The notes under the pieces: model-generated
Databases searched by the model: none
Seen by the model: the letters and a program-made list of their open reading frames with translations, nothing else
What the model was told of the DNA's origin: nothing
Position numbers and translations under genes: made by a program
Assembly (NCBI GenBank): GCA_047285535.1
Contig: JBJBDC010000001.1
Location: forward strand, 704,136 to 768,135
Direction: 5' to 3'
DNA length: 64,000 bases
Source of the DNA: Synechococcus sp.
GTDB taxonomy: Bacteria > Cyanobacteriota > Cyanobacteriia > PCC-6307 > Cyanobiaceae
Shown here: positions 41,514 to 51,720 of the stretch, piece by piece
Numbering within the stretch: position 1 is the stretch's first letter
Layout of the letters: each line of letters opens with the position of its first letter

Positions 41514-42095
41514 ATGCGCGCGTTGATTCTTGGCTGTGCTCTTCTTTGTGGCGGGATGCAGGGTCTACTGGCTCCCACCGCGCTGGCTCACTCAGGTCAT
41601 GGGGACGAGTTTGTTGAGAACGGTGTGGTGGGGCAGGTGAAGTCCATGCCTGAGCAAGACCAGCTGCTGGGAATCTCCACAGCTCCACCCCAGGTGTCTG
41701 ACAATGGCGAGTTAACGGTGCCGAGTGTGGCCATCGTCGATGCCGAAGGACAGCCCCTTGTCTTCGTGCGCAGTGGCAGCACCTACGACCCCGTGTTCAT
41801 TCGAATGGGGCCTGCCCTTGGAGATCGCAGCGTTGTTCTCGACGGTGTAACCGCTGATGAACAGGTGGTCGTCTCAGGAGCTCTTTCGCTCTATGCCGAA
41901 TCACAGAAAAAGGATCGTGTTCCGGTTGCTCAGGCCAAACCAAATCCTCCAGCCCGTGAACAGGACCAAACGGCCCGTGCTCAGACCCTATCTCCCCCAT
42001 GGCTACTCCCCGGTGGAATCAGCGTTGTGGTGATTGTCGTGCTTGCAGCGGCTCTGGGGCTGCGTGGCCGGGGTGCGGGTCCAAAAGCCGATTAA
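41514..42095 (+). CDS. Short NrsB/CzcB-like periplasmic accessory protein of a metal RND pump
   Basis: Signal peptide ending ALA-HSGHGDEF, VPSVAIVDAEG.PLVFV, GVTADEQVVVSGA, C-terminal TM; ATG 41514 preferred. Confidence 0.75.
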   Translation: MRALILGCALLCGGMQGLLAPTALAHSGHGDEFVENGVVGQVKSMPEQDQLLGISTAPPQVSDNGELTVPSVAIVDAEGQPLVFVRSGSTYDPVFIRMGPALGDRSVVLDGVTADEQVVVSGALSLYAESQKKDRVPVAQAKPNPPAREQDQTARAQTLSPPWLLPGGISVVVIVVLAAALGLRGRGAGPKAD

Positions 42096-42107
42096 CCAGA
42101 ACCTTTG

Positions 42108-45100
42108 ATGTTGACCCAATTGCTCAACAGCATCCTGCGTGGCTCGATTGCTCGCCGGTGGTTCGTTGTTCTGTGTTCGCTGTTGATCAGCGCCTGGGGT
42201 GTGCTGAACCTTGTTCAGATGCCCCTGGATGTTTTTCCTCCGTTTGCTCCGCCCCAGGTGGAGATTCAAACGGCAGCCCCTGGCCTTGGACCGCAACAGG
42301 TGGAGCAGCAGATCAGTGAGCCGATCGAGGCGGCCATGAACGGGCTGGCCGGTGTGGATGTGGTGCGATCGGCATCCAAGCCTGGCCTCTCGATGGTGCA
42401 GGTGGTGTTCCGAGACGCATCCCACCTGGAGCGTTCTCGCCAATTGGTGTCCGAACGTCTGCAGCAGGTGAGGATTCAGTTGCCGAAGTCGGCGAGTCCA
42501 CCGTTGATTTCGCCTCCGCTCTCACCCCTCGGCACCATCCTGCAATACGCCTTCACGCTCCCCGAAAACGCTACGCAGGACCAGAAACTTCAGTTGCGTT
42601 CTCTGGTTCAAACCACCTATGAGAATGCGTTGCTCGCCATCCCCGGCATCGCTCAGATCACGATCTACGGCGGGGATCTCCAACAGACCCAGGTACAGGT
42701 GGATCTGACGGCGCTCGAACAAGGGAATATCGCTCTCTCTGAAGTTGTGGGGGCAGCCCATGAGGCACAGTTCGATGGACTCGGTGGCATTGAGATTGCC
42801 GGTGGTCAGGAACGTCTGATTCATCCCCCAGGCAACAACGCAGATCGCGACGATTTCGTACGTGCTGCCGTGGTTACGGCAAACGGGCAAATCACTGCCC
42901 TGGGGACGGTCGCTGCCGTTCGGCCCGGTGCAGCCATTCGGAGGGGAGAAGCCAGTTTCAACGCTCAGCCGGCGGTGGTGATGATGATCAACAAGCAACC
43001 GGATGTGGACACCCCACGCCTGACGAGGACTGTTGAGCAACGGGTTCGAGAACTCAGTGCCTCTCTGCCGAAGGATGTGGCGGTGACCCAGACATTCCGT
43101 CAAGTTCAGTTCATCGACACCGCCATTCGCAATGTGAGCGAATCCCTGCTTCTGGGCGTGGTGATTGTCGCCGGGGTGCTGCTGCTGTTCCTGATGAACT
43201 GGCGCACCGCTGTGATCACCCTCAGTGCCATTCCCCTGTCTCTGCTGTTGGGTCTGCTGTTGATGCGTGGGCTCGGTCTGCAGCTCAACACGATGACCCT
43301 GGGGGGCCTAGCAGTAGCCATTGGTTCGGTGGTTGACGATGCCATTGTCGACATGGAGAACTGCTATCGCGGGCTTCGCCGGAACAGGCAGTTGTCATCC
43401 CCACAGAACCCTCTGGACGTGGTGTTCCAAACGTCGGTGGAGATGCGTCAGCCGGTGTTGTTCTCAACCTTGATCATCGTGGTGGTTTTTGCACCGATCT
43501 TCACCCTCACCGGTGTTGAAGGCCGGATTTTCATGCCGATGGGCATCGCCTACGTTCTATCGATCCTGGCCTCCACCCTTGTTGCCTTAACACTCTCCCC
43601 GGCCCTCTGCGCCATTCTGCTCAGCCGCGCACCGCTGCCAAGCCATCGATCATGGATGGAACGGGGAGTCGATCGTTGGTATCGGCCATTACTCGAGACA
43701 GCTCTGCAATGCCCACGACGCATTCTTGCTCTGGCCCTGGCATCCTTTCTGGTTGCGGTCTTGATCCTGCCAAGCCTCGGCCGCGTCTTTCTACCCGAGT
43801 TTCGCGAGCAATCGCTGGTCAATTCAATGGTCCTGTATCCCGGTGTTTCTCTGGAGATGACCAGCCGAGCCGGAACGGTTCTTTCACAACGACTTCAATC
43901 CAGTGGCGATGTCAACTGGGTCCAGGTGAGAGCCGGCCGTGCCCCAGGGGATGCCGATGGTGCAGGCGTCAATATTGCCCACGTGGATCTTGAACTGAGT
44001 GCTCACGCCATGAAGGATCGCCCGGCTGCGATCGGACGAATTCGTGAGGCATTTCTCGCCTTGCCCGGGGTGGCACCAAACATCGGAGGGTTCATCTCCC
44101 ATCGAATGGATGAGGTGCTGTCAGGCGTGCGCAGCGCGATCGCGATCAAAATCTCAGGACCAGATCTCAACGAACTGCGCAATCTTGGGGAACAGGTGCG
44201 TGACGTGGTGGCTGAGATCCCCGGAGTGGTTGATCTTCAGCTCGAGCCCCAGCTTCCGGTCCCCCAGGTGCAGCTGAAGATTGATCATGAGCTGGCGCTG
44301 CAACAAGGTGTCAGCGTGGCAACGCTGGCCAAGGCCGCTGAAGTGGCATTGCACGGTGAGCTGCTCACTCCAGCTCAACCTGCGAGTGGTCGCCGTGCCG
44401 TGGTTGTCACCCTGCCGCCAGATCAACGAGGAGACCTGGAAGCATTGCGTCGCATTCCGATTCGCACAGCCACTGGTGCACTGAAACCGCTTGGCGATTT
44501 CGTCACAGCTGAGTCAACGCGTGGTCCGAACGAAATCAATCGTGAGGATGTTACCCGGCGGATCGTGGTTTCCGCCAACGTCGCCAAACGGCCTCTAGGT
44601 CCAGTGGTGAAGGACATTCGCCGCCATGTGAGCACAGCGTTGACGCTGCCTGCCGGCTACTCCATTCGTTATGGAGGTCAATTCGAATCGGAACAAAGAG
44701 CCACCCGCACGCTGGTGACCTACAGCCTGCTTGCGGCTGTGCTGATCGCAATTCTGATGCTGGTTGCCGTTCGTTCATGGACAGCCATGGTGGCGATTCT
44801 GCTCAACCTGCCCCTGGCGCTGGTTGGCGGTCTGATCGCAGTTCTGCTCAGCGGGGGTGTGCTCTCTGTGGCGTCACTGATCGGCTTCATCACTCTGTTC
44901 GGCGTCGCCGTGCGCAACGGGCTTCTGCTGGTGGACAACTTCAATCGTCGCCATCAAAGCGGTGAGCCGCAGTTGGACTTGATCCGCAACGGCAGCCTTG
45001 AGCGCCTCAACGCAATTTTGATGACGGCTCTCACTTCATCGCTGGGCATGTTGCCGCTTGCTCTGGCGTTCGGAGCAGGCAATGAAATCCTTCAGCCCCT

Positions 45101-45212
45101 GGCGATCGTTGTACTCGGAGGTCTCATCACCTCCACCCTGCTCACGCTGATGGTGATCCCGGCCCTGTATGCCCGTTACGGGCGCTGGCTGCTTCCTGCT
45201 TCAGGTCGTTGA
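42108..45212 (+). CDS. CusA/CzcA (NrsA-like) heavy-metal RND efflux transporter
   Basis: MPLDVFP, NTMTLGGLAVAIGSVVDDAIV, GFITLFGVAVRNG, RLNAILMT. Confidence 0.95.
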   Translation: MLTQLLNSILRGSIARRWFVVLCSLLISAWGVLNLVQMPLDVFPPFAPPQVEIQTAAPGLGPQQVEQQISEPIEAAMNGLAGVDVVRSASKPGLSMVQVVFRDASHLERSRQLVSERLQQVRIQLPKSASPPLISPPLSPLGTILQYAFTLPENATQDQKLQLRSLVQTTYENALLAIPGIAQITIYGGDLQQTQVQVDLTALEQGNIALSEVVGAAHEAQFDGLGGIEIAGGQERLIHPPGNNADRDDFVRAAVVTANGQITALGTVAAVRPGAAIRRGEASFNAQPAVVMMINKQPDVDTPRLTRTVEQRVRELSASLPKDVAVTQTFRQVQFIDTAIRNVSESLLLGVVIVAGVLLLFLMNWRTAVITLSAIPLSLLLGLLLMRGLGLQLNTMTLGGLAVAIGSVVDDAIVDMENCYRGLRRNRQLSSPQNPLDVVFQTSVEMRQPVLFSTLIIVVVFAPIFTLTGVEGRIFMPMGIAYVLSILASTLVALTLSPALCAILLSRAPLPSHRSWMERGVDRWYRPLLETALQCPRRILALALASFLVAVLILPSLGRVFLPEFREQSLVNSMVLYPGVSLEMTSRAGTVLSQRLQSSGDVNWVQVRAGRAPGDADGAGVNIAHVDLELSAHAMKDRPAAIGRIREAFLALPGVAPNIGGFISHRMDEVLSGVRSAIAIKISGPDLNELRNLGEQVRDVVAEIPGVVDLQLEPQLPVPQVQLKIDHELALQQGVSVATLAKAAEVALHGELLTPAQPASGRRAVVVTLPPDQRGDLEALRRIPIRTATGALKPLGDFVTAESTRGPNEINREDVTRRIVVSANVAKRPLGPVVKDIRRHVSTALTLPAGYSIRYGGQFESEQRATRTLVTYSLLAAVLIAILMLVAVRSWTAMVAILLNLPLALVGGLIAVLLSGGVLSVASLIGFITLFGVAVRNGLLLVDNFNRRHQSGEPQLDLIRNGSLERLNAILMTALTSSLGMLPLALAFGAGNEILQPLAIVVLGGLITSTLLTLMVIPALYARYGRWLLPASGR

Positions 45213-45573
45213 GTCGTTGAGCCATGCGCTTCTGCTGAATCAATGCAGATCATGGCGATCTGTGGTGATTTGAACTGGCGTGAATTCTGTCGATTCAAGC
45301 AGACTCTGATGGCCAATTTTTTCACTTAAAAGACAAAATGTGCAGTGGATTTCAGTGCAGTGAAGTTGAGTTCCTCTGGTTTTTTGTGCCATCGAGGTCT
45401 GAAAATGTCAGCAGGTGCTGAGGGTCTTTAGCTACAAAATGTTCAACCGGATCAGAAAGCCTACGGATCAGTTCAAGAAGAGCATCCAATTCATATCAAC
45501 GAGGTGCTCTCAATAGTCTTGATTGCCAAATATTCTGGAGATCCTTAGTTTTGAGAAACAAACGATCAACAGG

Positions 45574-46752
45574 ATGATTCGGGAGCGACCCAGTCGATGC
45601 GGGGCGACCCTCGCGATTGCGTTTGTCTGCCTCGCCAATGTCTCCGTCGCTCAGCCCAATCAGGAGGACGCTCGCTTCGCCAAGCTGGGAGCGCAGATCG
45701 AGACCCTCCGGCAAAACGATGGGATTCCCGGTGCATCCGTCGCCGTCATTGACGCAGGAGCCATAGTCTGGGCCGAGGGTTTCGGTGTGGCGGACCTGGC
45801 CACTGGCCGTCCGGTCACTGCCAACACCTTGTTTCAAGCACAATCCATCACCAAGACGCTGACGGCCCTGGCAACGGTGAAGCTTCTCGCCAAGGAAGGG
45901 ATTGCGCTGGATGAGCCGGTGAATCGCTACCTGAAGGGATGGTCAATTCCTGAAAACAAGTTCACCGAAACAGTTCCGGTGACCTTTCGCATGCTGTTGA
46001 ACCACACCGCTGGCTTAAGCAATCCCTACCCGGACGGTTGCTGTGGTCCCAAGGAACAACTCCCCACTCTTCTACAGGTGTTGAACGGGCTGCCTCCGGC
46101 GACCAATCCACCCCTTACGGTCGAGCGAATCCCGGGGACTCGCTACGACTACTGCAACGGCTGTTACACAGTGCTGCAGCTCGCGCTGGAATCCATCAGC
46201 CAACAATCCTTTGAAACACTGATACAGGGGTTGGTACTCACACCAGCGGGGATGACGAGCAGCACATTCGACAACCGCTTCTTCCTTGACGATCCAAGCT
46301 CGATTGCAATTCCCTACGCCGTTGATGATCGGCCCCATACCCGGGCACCGATGCGGAATTCAATCCTCTCCACTGGGTTGATGTGGACCACGGCGAGCGA
46401 TCTGGCCCGATTCAACCTGGCCTTCACTCGGGCGCTTCAATCAGGAGACCAGCTGATTGAGAAGTCCTTGGCAGAACAGCTGATCATTCCCAGTTCAACG
46501 GCCACGCGCAGTCTTGGATTCTTTATCGGAAACCGCGATGCTCAACCTGAAGCGGGAGGACACTATCTATTCCATTCAGGGTCGGGAACGGGTTATCTAA
46601 GCCTTTCAATCATTGAAATCAATGGTGAAAAAGGAGCTGTGATTTTAATCAACAAAGGACCCAACCCATGGCTCACAACAGATATCCCTCAATACGATTT
46701 CATCGTAAGTACCTTGAAGTTAATCAATACGTCTCAGGACTGGCCTGAGTGA
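45574..46752 (+). CDS. Exported serine hydrolase, beta-lactamase class C family
   Basis: SxxK (QSITK), LLNHTAG, YxN (YCN), HSG; signal peptide; ATG 45574 preferred. Confidence 0.88.
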   Translation: MIRERPSRCGATLAIAFVCLANVSVAQPNQEDARFAKLGAQIETLRQNDGIPGASVAVIDAGAIVWAEGFGVADLATGRPVTANTLFQAQSITKTLTALATVKLLAKEGIALDEPVNRYLKGWSIPENKFTETVPVTFRMLLNHTAGLSNPYPDGCCGPKEQLPTLLQVLNGLPPATNPPLTVERIPGTRYDYCNGCYTVLQLALESISQQSFETLIQGLVLTPAGMTSSTFDNRFFLDDPSSIAIPYAVDDRPHTRAPMRNSILSTGLMWTTASDLARFNLAFTRALQSGDQLIEKSLAEQLIIPSSTATRSLGFFIGNRDAQPEAGGHYLFHSGSGTGYLSLSIIEINGEKGAVILINKGPNPWLTTDIPQYDFIVSTLKLINTSQDWPE

Positions 46753-47587
46753 TGATCTTTTGTCAACTTACTGACCAGAACATGGCCACTATCTCGGCTG
46801 TATCCAGAGCAATCCTCCTGGAGAGAGTGTTGGAGAAGGCCCCAAGAAGACACTGAGCGTTCCCACTCTCAAGCCTTTCAAGCACGCGACGAAGCGTTAC
46901 CGCCCGGCGAAATGGTGAGGAGACTGAACTCCTAGCAGCAGGCGGCAGCCATGGTCAGCATGCATCAGACCCGGTGAGAGCGAATCTCGCTACTGCGTTG
47001 TCGTTCATTTTTTTGCCGACGATCCCTTGCCAAACCAATCGTTGAGACCATGGGCATGAGGGCTAGAAGGCAAGGGCTGCCTGGAGCACAAATCCAAAAC
47101 ACTCGCCATAGCCGGCATCACCGTGGACAAAGATCTGTGGTTGATCGCAGATCAGTGCATGACTGATCTCATGTCGAATCCCACCATGCTCCTGGGTTCT
47201 GTGCTGATGCAGCTCAGGCACAAGTGGCCAAGGATGGAGTCCTGCGAATTGGCGAACACCCAGTGCAGCGCTGAGTGATTGGCTTCTGTTGAGGAATGCT
47301 AGCGGTGCTCAATCACTGGAGCGATCCGCCCCCTTCTTCACCTCAAGCAACTGTTGGTATGGCGTAAAAAAATGTTCATGAGGACTTGATGAATTCTTCT
47401 TGTTCTGGATTTACTCTGGATGACCAGCCAAGGCTTATGCACAGAAAAAGCAATCACAGATGAATCTTTGTGCTCGCGGCCTATCACGATTCATCTCTTT
47501 ATTGCTGAAGAAAAACGATGGCATTTCAGTGCTTGTGTGGATCTCTTAGCCATCGCTATGGTTGTTTTGTTTGAGTTGGTTTTCACA

Positions 47588-47950
47588 ATGAAATCACCTG
47601 ACTCTGTATGCAGTTTGCAGCATCGAGCCTGTGCCTTATTTGAACTTTTGTTGGCGATTGCATCGGAGCAGGTTGGAACCTCGGCCATGAAGGCTTCGCA
47701 GGGATTTTCTATTTTTCTGCCAACACTCCTTGCGGTAGTTGGTTATCTCTCCTCTATTTTTTGGTTTGCACGAAGCATGAAGGTTTTGCCGATGAGCTTC
47801 GCTTATGCGCTCTGGGTTGGCTTGGGAATGATTGTCGCTTCCATGATTGGCTTTTTTTGGTTTGGTGAAGTCCTGAGTCGAGAGTCAGTGCTTGGTTTGC
47901 TTCTGATTGCAGGCGGTATTTTTGTCTTGAATTCTGGTCAGAGAGGTTGA
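47588..47950 (+). CDS. SMR family transporter subunit
   Basis: AIASEQVGT (conserved Glu), KASQGF, AYALWVGLG; start uncertain. Confidence 0.85.
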   Translation: MKSPDSVCSLQHRACALFELLLAIASEQVGTSAMKASQGFSIFLPTLLAVVGYLSSIFWFARSMKVLPMSFAYALWVGLGMIVASMIGFFWFGEVLSRESVLGLLLIAGGIFVLNSGQRG

Positions 47951-48273
47951 TGGCGATGTACCACACTTATTTGATTCTTCTCCTGGCAATTTTTTCTGAA
48001 AATCTTGGTACCACCTTTTTAAAAGGTTCGAATGGTCTAAGACGGCCTGTCTATGTTGTTGGTGCTCTATCAGGATATGTCGTTAACTTTTTGATGATGG
48101 GTCAGGTCCTGGCGATCCTGCCGCTGGCGATTGCCTATGGATTGTGGTCGGGCTTTGGCATGGCGTTCGTCACGTTGCTTGGGGTTTTGATATACGGCGA
48201 AGTTTTTAATTGGCGTGTTGTGATAGGTCTCGCACTAATTATTTCTGGCGTTGTGATTTTGAATGCTGCGTAG
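47950..48273 (+). CDS. SMR family transporter subunit (likely heterodimer partner)
   Basis: AIFSENLGT, AYGLWSGFG; TGATG overlap with the previous gene. Confidence 0.88.
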   Translation: MAMYHTYLILLLAIFSENLGTTFLKGSNGLRRPVYVVGALSGYVVNFLMMGQVLAILPLAIAYGLWSGFGMAFVTLLGVLIYGEVFNWRVVIGLALIISGVVILNAA

Positions 48274-48445
48274 TGCATGGTCGGATTGATTTCATTGATA
48301 CGCTCAATCTGTTTCGTCGTGAACTGAGGCATTAATTTGTGTAGCATGTCATGGTGCTCTCTGAGAGCTTTTTGCGAGTCGCCAAGTAGGCCTTGCTGCC
48401 AGTAGTTGAAAGCGACTGATCTCACAGCTGGCTCAGCGATGTCTC

Positions 48446-48718
48446 TTATCTGGAGGGTTTCAGAAGCATGGCAAGACCTGACACTGTGACAAAGATGGTG
48501 AGCACCCCCAGCAGCATCGGATAAACAGGTTGGAGATTGAGCCAGCCGAACTGGCCCGTATGGACCTTGAGGAGCCAAAAAGCATCAATTCCTTGTTCAA
48601 GAAGAAGGCTGTAAAGCGAACCTGTGCTGGCTGTGAGCAGAAGCGGTAGAGCAGCGACAGGCACCAACCACCTATGGATGCGTCGTGCTTTGCGCTGGGT
48701 CTGAACTCCCGGTTTCAT
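48446..48718 (-). CDS. PepSY-associated TM helix protein
   Basis: RRIHRWL, LTASTG, LLKVHTGQF. Confidence 0.8.
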   Translation of the reverse strand: MKPGVQTQRKARRIHRWLVPVAALPLLLTASTGSLYSLLLEQGIDAFWLLKVHTGQFGWLNLQPVYPMLLGVLTIFVTVSGLAMLLKPSR

Positions 48719-48936
48719 TGCTTGCGCAGGTGTTGGTGTAGTTCTCGTTCATCCGCACAAGGCATCCATTTCCCATTGTTTTGATGGACGGTTGTACAGC
48801 CAAGTTGATCGGCTCGCGTCTGAGCCTCAGCCTTTGTGGAGTAGAGGCCTTTGCCATGGGCCAGCACTGGGTTGCTGCCTAGCAAGACAGTTGCCAGTGC
48901 AATCGTGACCAGCACCCATCGATCGATGTTGATCAT
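48715..48936 (-). CDS. DUF3721-like small exported protein
   Basis: Signal peptide, YSTKAEA...LGC..VHQ..GKWMPC; ATGA overlap with the next gene. Confidence 0.75.
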   Translation of the reverse strand: MINIDRWVLVTIALATVLLGSNPVLAHGKGLYSTKAEAQTRADQLGCTTVHQNNGKWMPCADERELHQHLRKQ

Positions 48937-49252
48937 CGAATTCAGAAAGTTTCGCAGTGTTCCACGACCTTGAAGTCGTCCAATTTGCCTGAGATTGTTA
49001 CGCCCTTGGGGTTGATAGCCACAGGTTTAACAACCTACGAGCTGTTGCAGTCATTTTAGCGATGGATCTTGACGGCTTGTGGCATCAAAAGAATGACGAT
49101 CCTCAGCAATCTGTTAATAGAGGAAGGACCCTGCCTTGAGCCATGCCTCGGCAGAATCACTGCATCCATGGGGAGTGCGGTGGCCATGGCTGATGTCAGT
49201 CCTGGCGATCAACACTGGCGCTGGTGGCTGACACAACCTCCTTATTCTTTCC

Positions 49253-50089
49253 TTAGAGATCGTTCGGTATCCAGATCGCGGCGGTGTGATCCCCCAGGCC
49301 AACGGTTCGACCTTCGAGGTGTTCGATGCCGACCCAGGCGCAGATCAGGCCATCGAGCATGTCTTCCACCGGCTTGAGCGAAGCCAGGGTTGTCACCTCA
49401 GATGGCTCGGGGATGAACTCCGGGATGCCGCGGATGTGGGCGTCAAGTCCGGTTTTGATCTCCCGGAATTGATCGAGCAATCGTTCGATGCGCTCACTGC
49501 GCGAGAACTGCTCGGCTTTCCAGTACTGGCCTGAGCGGCTCACCTTGTAAGGCACGCGGTAATTGCGATTGAGCAAAGCCAGCAGGGCAACATGGGGATA
49601 GACCTCGATCAGGGCAGGGGTTGCCTGTTCGCTGCCGCTGGTGAGAAGCCTGTAGCCAAGGGCGGCGAAGTCGGCGCGCAACTGGTCGGCAATGGCGCCG
49701 GGCCGTTCGGCCGAGGGGCTGTGCACGGCGCATCCCCGTGGCCCGAAGCGGCTGGAGATGGCGGTATCGGCCCTGCGCCTGCTGGTGATCGGCGTCGTGG
49801 CCAGAGGCATGTCGACCGCCACGCAGCTGACTTCTTCCTCGGCCAGTTGCTTTGAGGCTCGCAGCAGTACCTGAGGATCGGGTCTGCTGCCGCTGGCCTT
49901 CTGCTGCGCATCCCAAACCTGGCCTGACGCCTGGGCAATGAAGGTTTCATAGCTGGGGGTTAGGGCCAGACAGTTCCAGCCGGCATTGGTGCGTTGCACC
50001 AGGGCGATCCCACTGGGCTGATGAGCCGTCCAGGCGGCGTCGATGCCGAGGATGCAAGGGCCGTTGATTGGATCAGGTTTGGCGACCAA
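49253..50089 (-). CDS. DUF429 predicted RNase H-like nuclease
   Basis: LGIDAAW, VAVDMPL, IEVYPH, EDMLDGLICA. Confidence 0.82.
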   Translation of the reverse strand: MVAKPDPINGPCILGIDAAWTAHQPSGIALVQRTNAGWNCLALTPSYETFIAQASGQVWDAQQKASGSRPDPQVLLRASKQLAEEEVSCVAVDMPLATTPITSRRRADTAISSRFGPRGCAVHSPSAERPGAIADQLRADFAALGYRLLTSGSEQATPALIEVYPHVALLALLNRNYRVPYKVSRSGQYWKAEQFSRSERIERLLDQFREIKTGLDAHIRGIPEFIPEPSEVTTLASLKPVEDMLDGLICAWVGIEHLEGRTVGLGDHTAAIWIPNDL

Positions 50090-50267
50090 TTCGGGAGCAG
50101 CAATGAACCCAAATTGCAGTCTGAATCCCTAATCACAACCTCGCTTCGTTCAAGTGAGACGCTCAAGAGCAGGTGGCCTTCTTAGAAGATTCTCATTGAG
50201 GTCTTCCCTAAATGAGAGATGGAACAACCACAGCATTGGTGCAATCTGAATACACAAGTGCGGCTGC

Positions 50268-51707
50268 TTGATGGCTCCCACCCTTCTGTTCATCACCGGC
50301 GTGCTCGCCGGCTTAATCGCTGGCTTCATTCTCAGCCGCATGTTTGGACGCAGCAGAAGCGGTGTTGGCTCCGGTGAGATCCGGCTTTTGGAAGAACGCC
50401 TTCTGAAAGCCGATCAGGGTCTGGCGCAATTCAGCCAGCAGCTGGAAGCGCAAAGCTCCGAGCTCCGCTCAGCGCAGCAGCAGGCCCAACAGGCCAGCGA
50501 ACAGGCTGCTGTGAGCCGCACGCAACTGGAGGGCGTGAGCCAGGAGCGCGATGCGCTTAAGGCTGGCCATGACAGTGCACTGGCCGCGATGGATCAACTG
50601 CGCCGTGAGAAAGAACAGCTCACGGCAACGATGGCGGAGGTGGCCGAGAAGCTGCGCAGCCAGGAGAGCCAAACCCAGTTCCTTGAGCAGGCCCGCACGG
50701 ATCTGCTTACCCAGTTCCGTTCGTTGAGCGGTCAGATGCTGGATGGCTCCCGTGACGCGTTGCTCAAGAGCACCAAGGAAACGGTAAGTGAGCCGTTCGC
50801 CAAGGAAGTGCTGCAGTTGCGCCAGCAGGTGGAGGCGTTGCAGAAGGATTCCAACGCCAAACTCACGGTGCTGGCGGAAACAACCCGCGATTTGCGCCAG
50901 CGCAGTGAAGACGTGCAGGGCGCAGCCCAGCAGCTCACCTCAGCCCTGCGCTCGCCAAATGTGAAGGGTCAGTGGGGAGAGGTGAACCTGCGCCGGATCC
51001 TGGAGTTTGTGGGCTTGATCGCCTACTGCGACTTCAATGAGCAGGTGCATGTGGGCACCGATGAGGGCGCCTACCGGCCGGACTGTGTGATCACGATTCC
51101 CGGCTCACGCCGCTTGATTGTGGATTCCAAGGCACCGATCGAGAGCTATCTCGATGCCCTGCAGGCCAACGATCAAGCCCAGCGGGACGCAGCACTCAAC
51201 GAGCACCTCAAAAAAGTGCGCAGCCACATCGATCTGCTGAGCAAGAAGGATTACGCCGGCAAGCTCAGTGCCCTGGGCCAGGTGGTGGATGGGGTGGTGC
51301 TGTTCATCCCGGTGGAAGGCGCTTTGTCTATGGCGTTGGAGCGGGATCCGCAGCTGCTGGAGTACGCCTTCAGCAAGAACATCATCCTTACCTTCCCCAC
51401 CAGCCTGCTGGCGATCCTCAAGGGATTGGCGATGACGATCCAGCAGGCGGAGATCGCCAAAAACATCGACGAGATTCAGGCTCAGGCGGTGGAGCTGCAC
51501 AAGCGCTTCTCCACCTTCATCGACAAATTCAACGACATCGGCAACAACATCACCCGTTTGAACAAGAGCTTCAATGCGGCAGTGGGTTCAGCGCAGAGTC
51601 GTTTGCTGCCTCAGGGCCGGCGTTTTGCAGAGCTGGCGGGGCAAAGCGGTGAGCTTGATTTGGGCGATCAGATCGATGAGGTGGTGCGTGAGATTCAGGC
51701 TGAATAA
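50268..51707 (+). CDS. rmuC: RmuC-family protein (TM + coiled coil + nuclease domain)
   Basis: KGQWGEVNL, RPDCVI, IVDSK, HIDLLSKKDY, LFIPVE, PTSLL. Confidence 0.92.
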   Translation: MMAPTLLFITGVLAGLIAGFILSRMFGRSRSGVGSGEIRLLEERLLKADQGLAQFSQQLEAQSSELRSAQQQAQQASEQAAVSRTQLEGVSQERDALKAGHDSALAAMDQLRREKEQLTATMAEVAEKLRSQESQTQFLEQARTDLLTQFRSLSGQMLDGSRDALLKSTKETVSEPFAKEVLQLRQQVEALQKDSNAKLTVLAETTRDLRQRSEDVQGAAQQLTSALRSPNVKGQWGEVNLRRILEFVGLIAYCDFNEQVHVGTDEGAYRPDCVITIPGSRRLIVDSKAPIESYLDALQANDQAQRDAALNEHLKKVRSHIDLLSKKDYAGKLSALGQVVDGVVLFIPVEGALSMALERDPQLLEYAFSKNIILTFPTSLLAILKGLAMTIQQAEIAKNIDEIQAQAVELHKRFSTFIDKFNDIGNNITRLNKSFNAAVGSAQSRLLPQGRRFAELAGQSGELDLGDQIDEVVREIQAE

Positions 51708-51720
51708 GATCAGAGGATTC

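Noticed and set aside
46760..47400. Possible gene remnant between the serine hydrolase and the SMR pair
   Set aside because: No assignable motif
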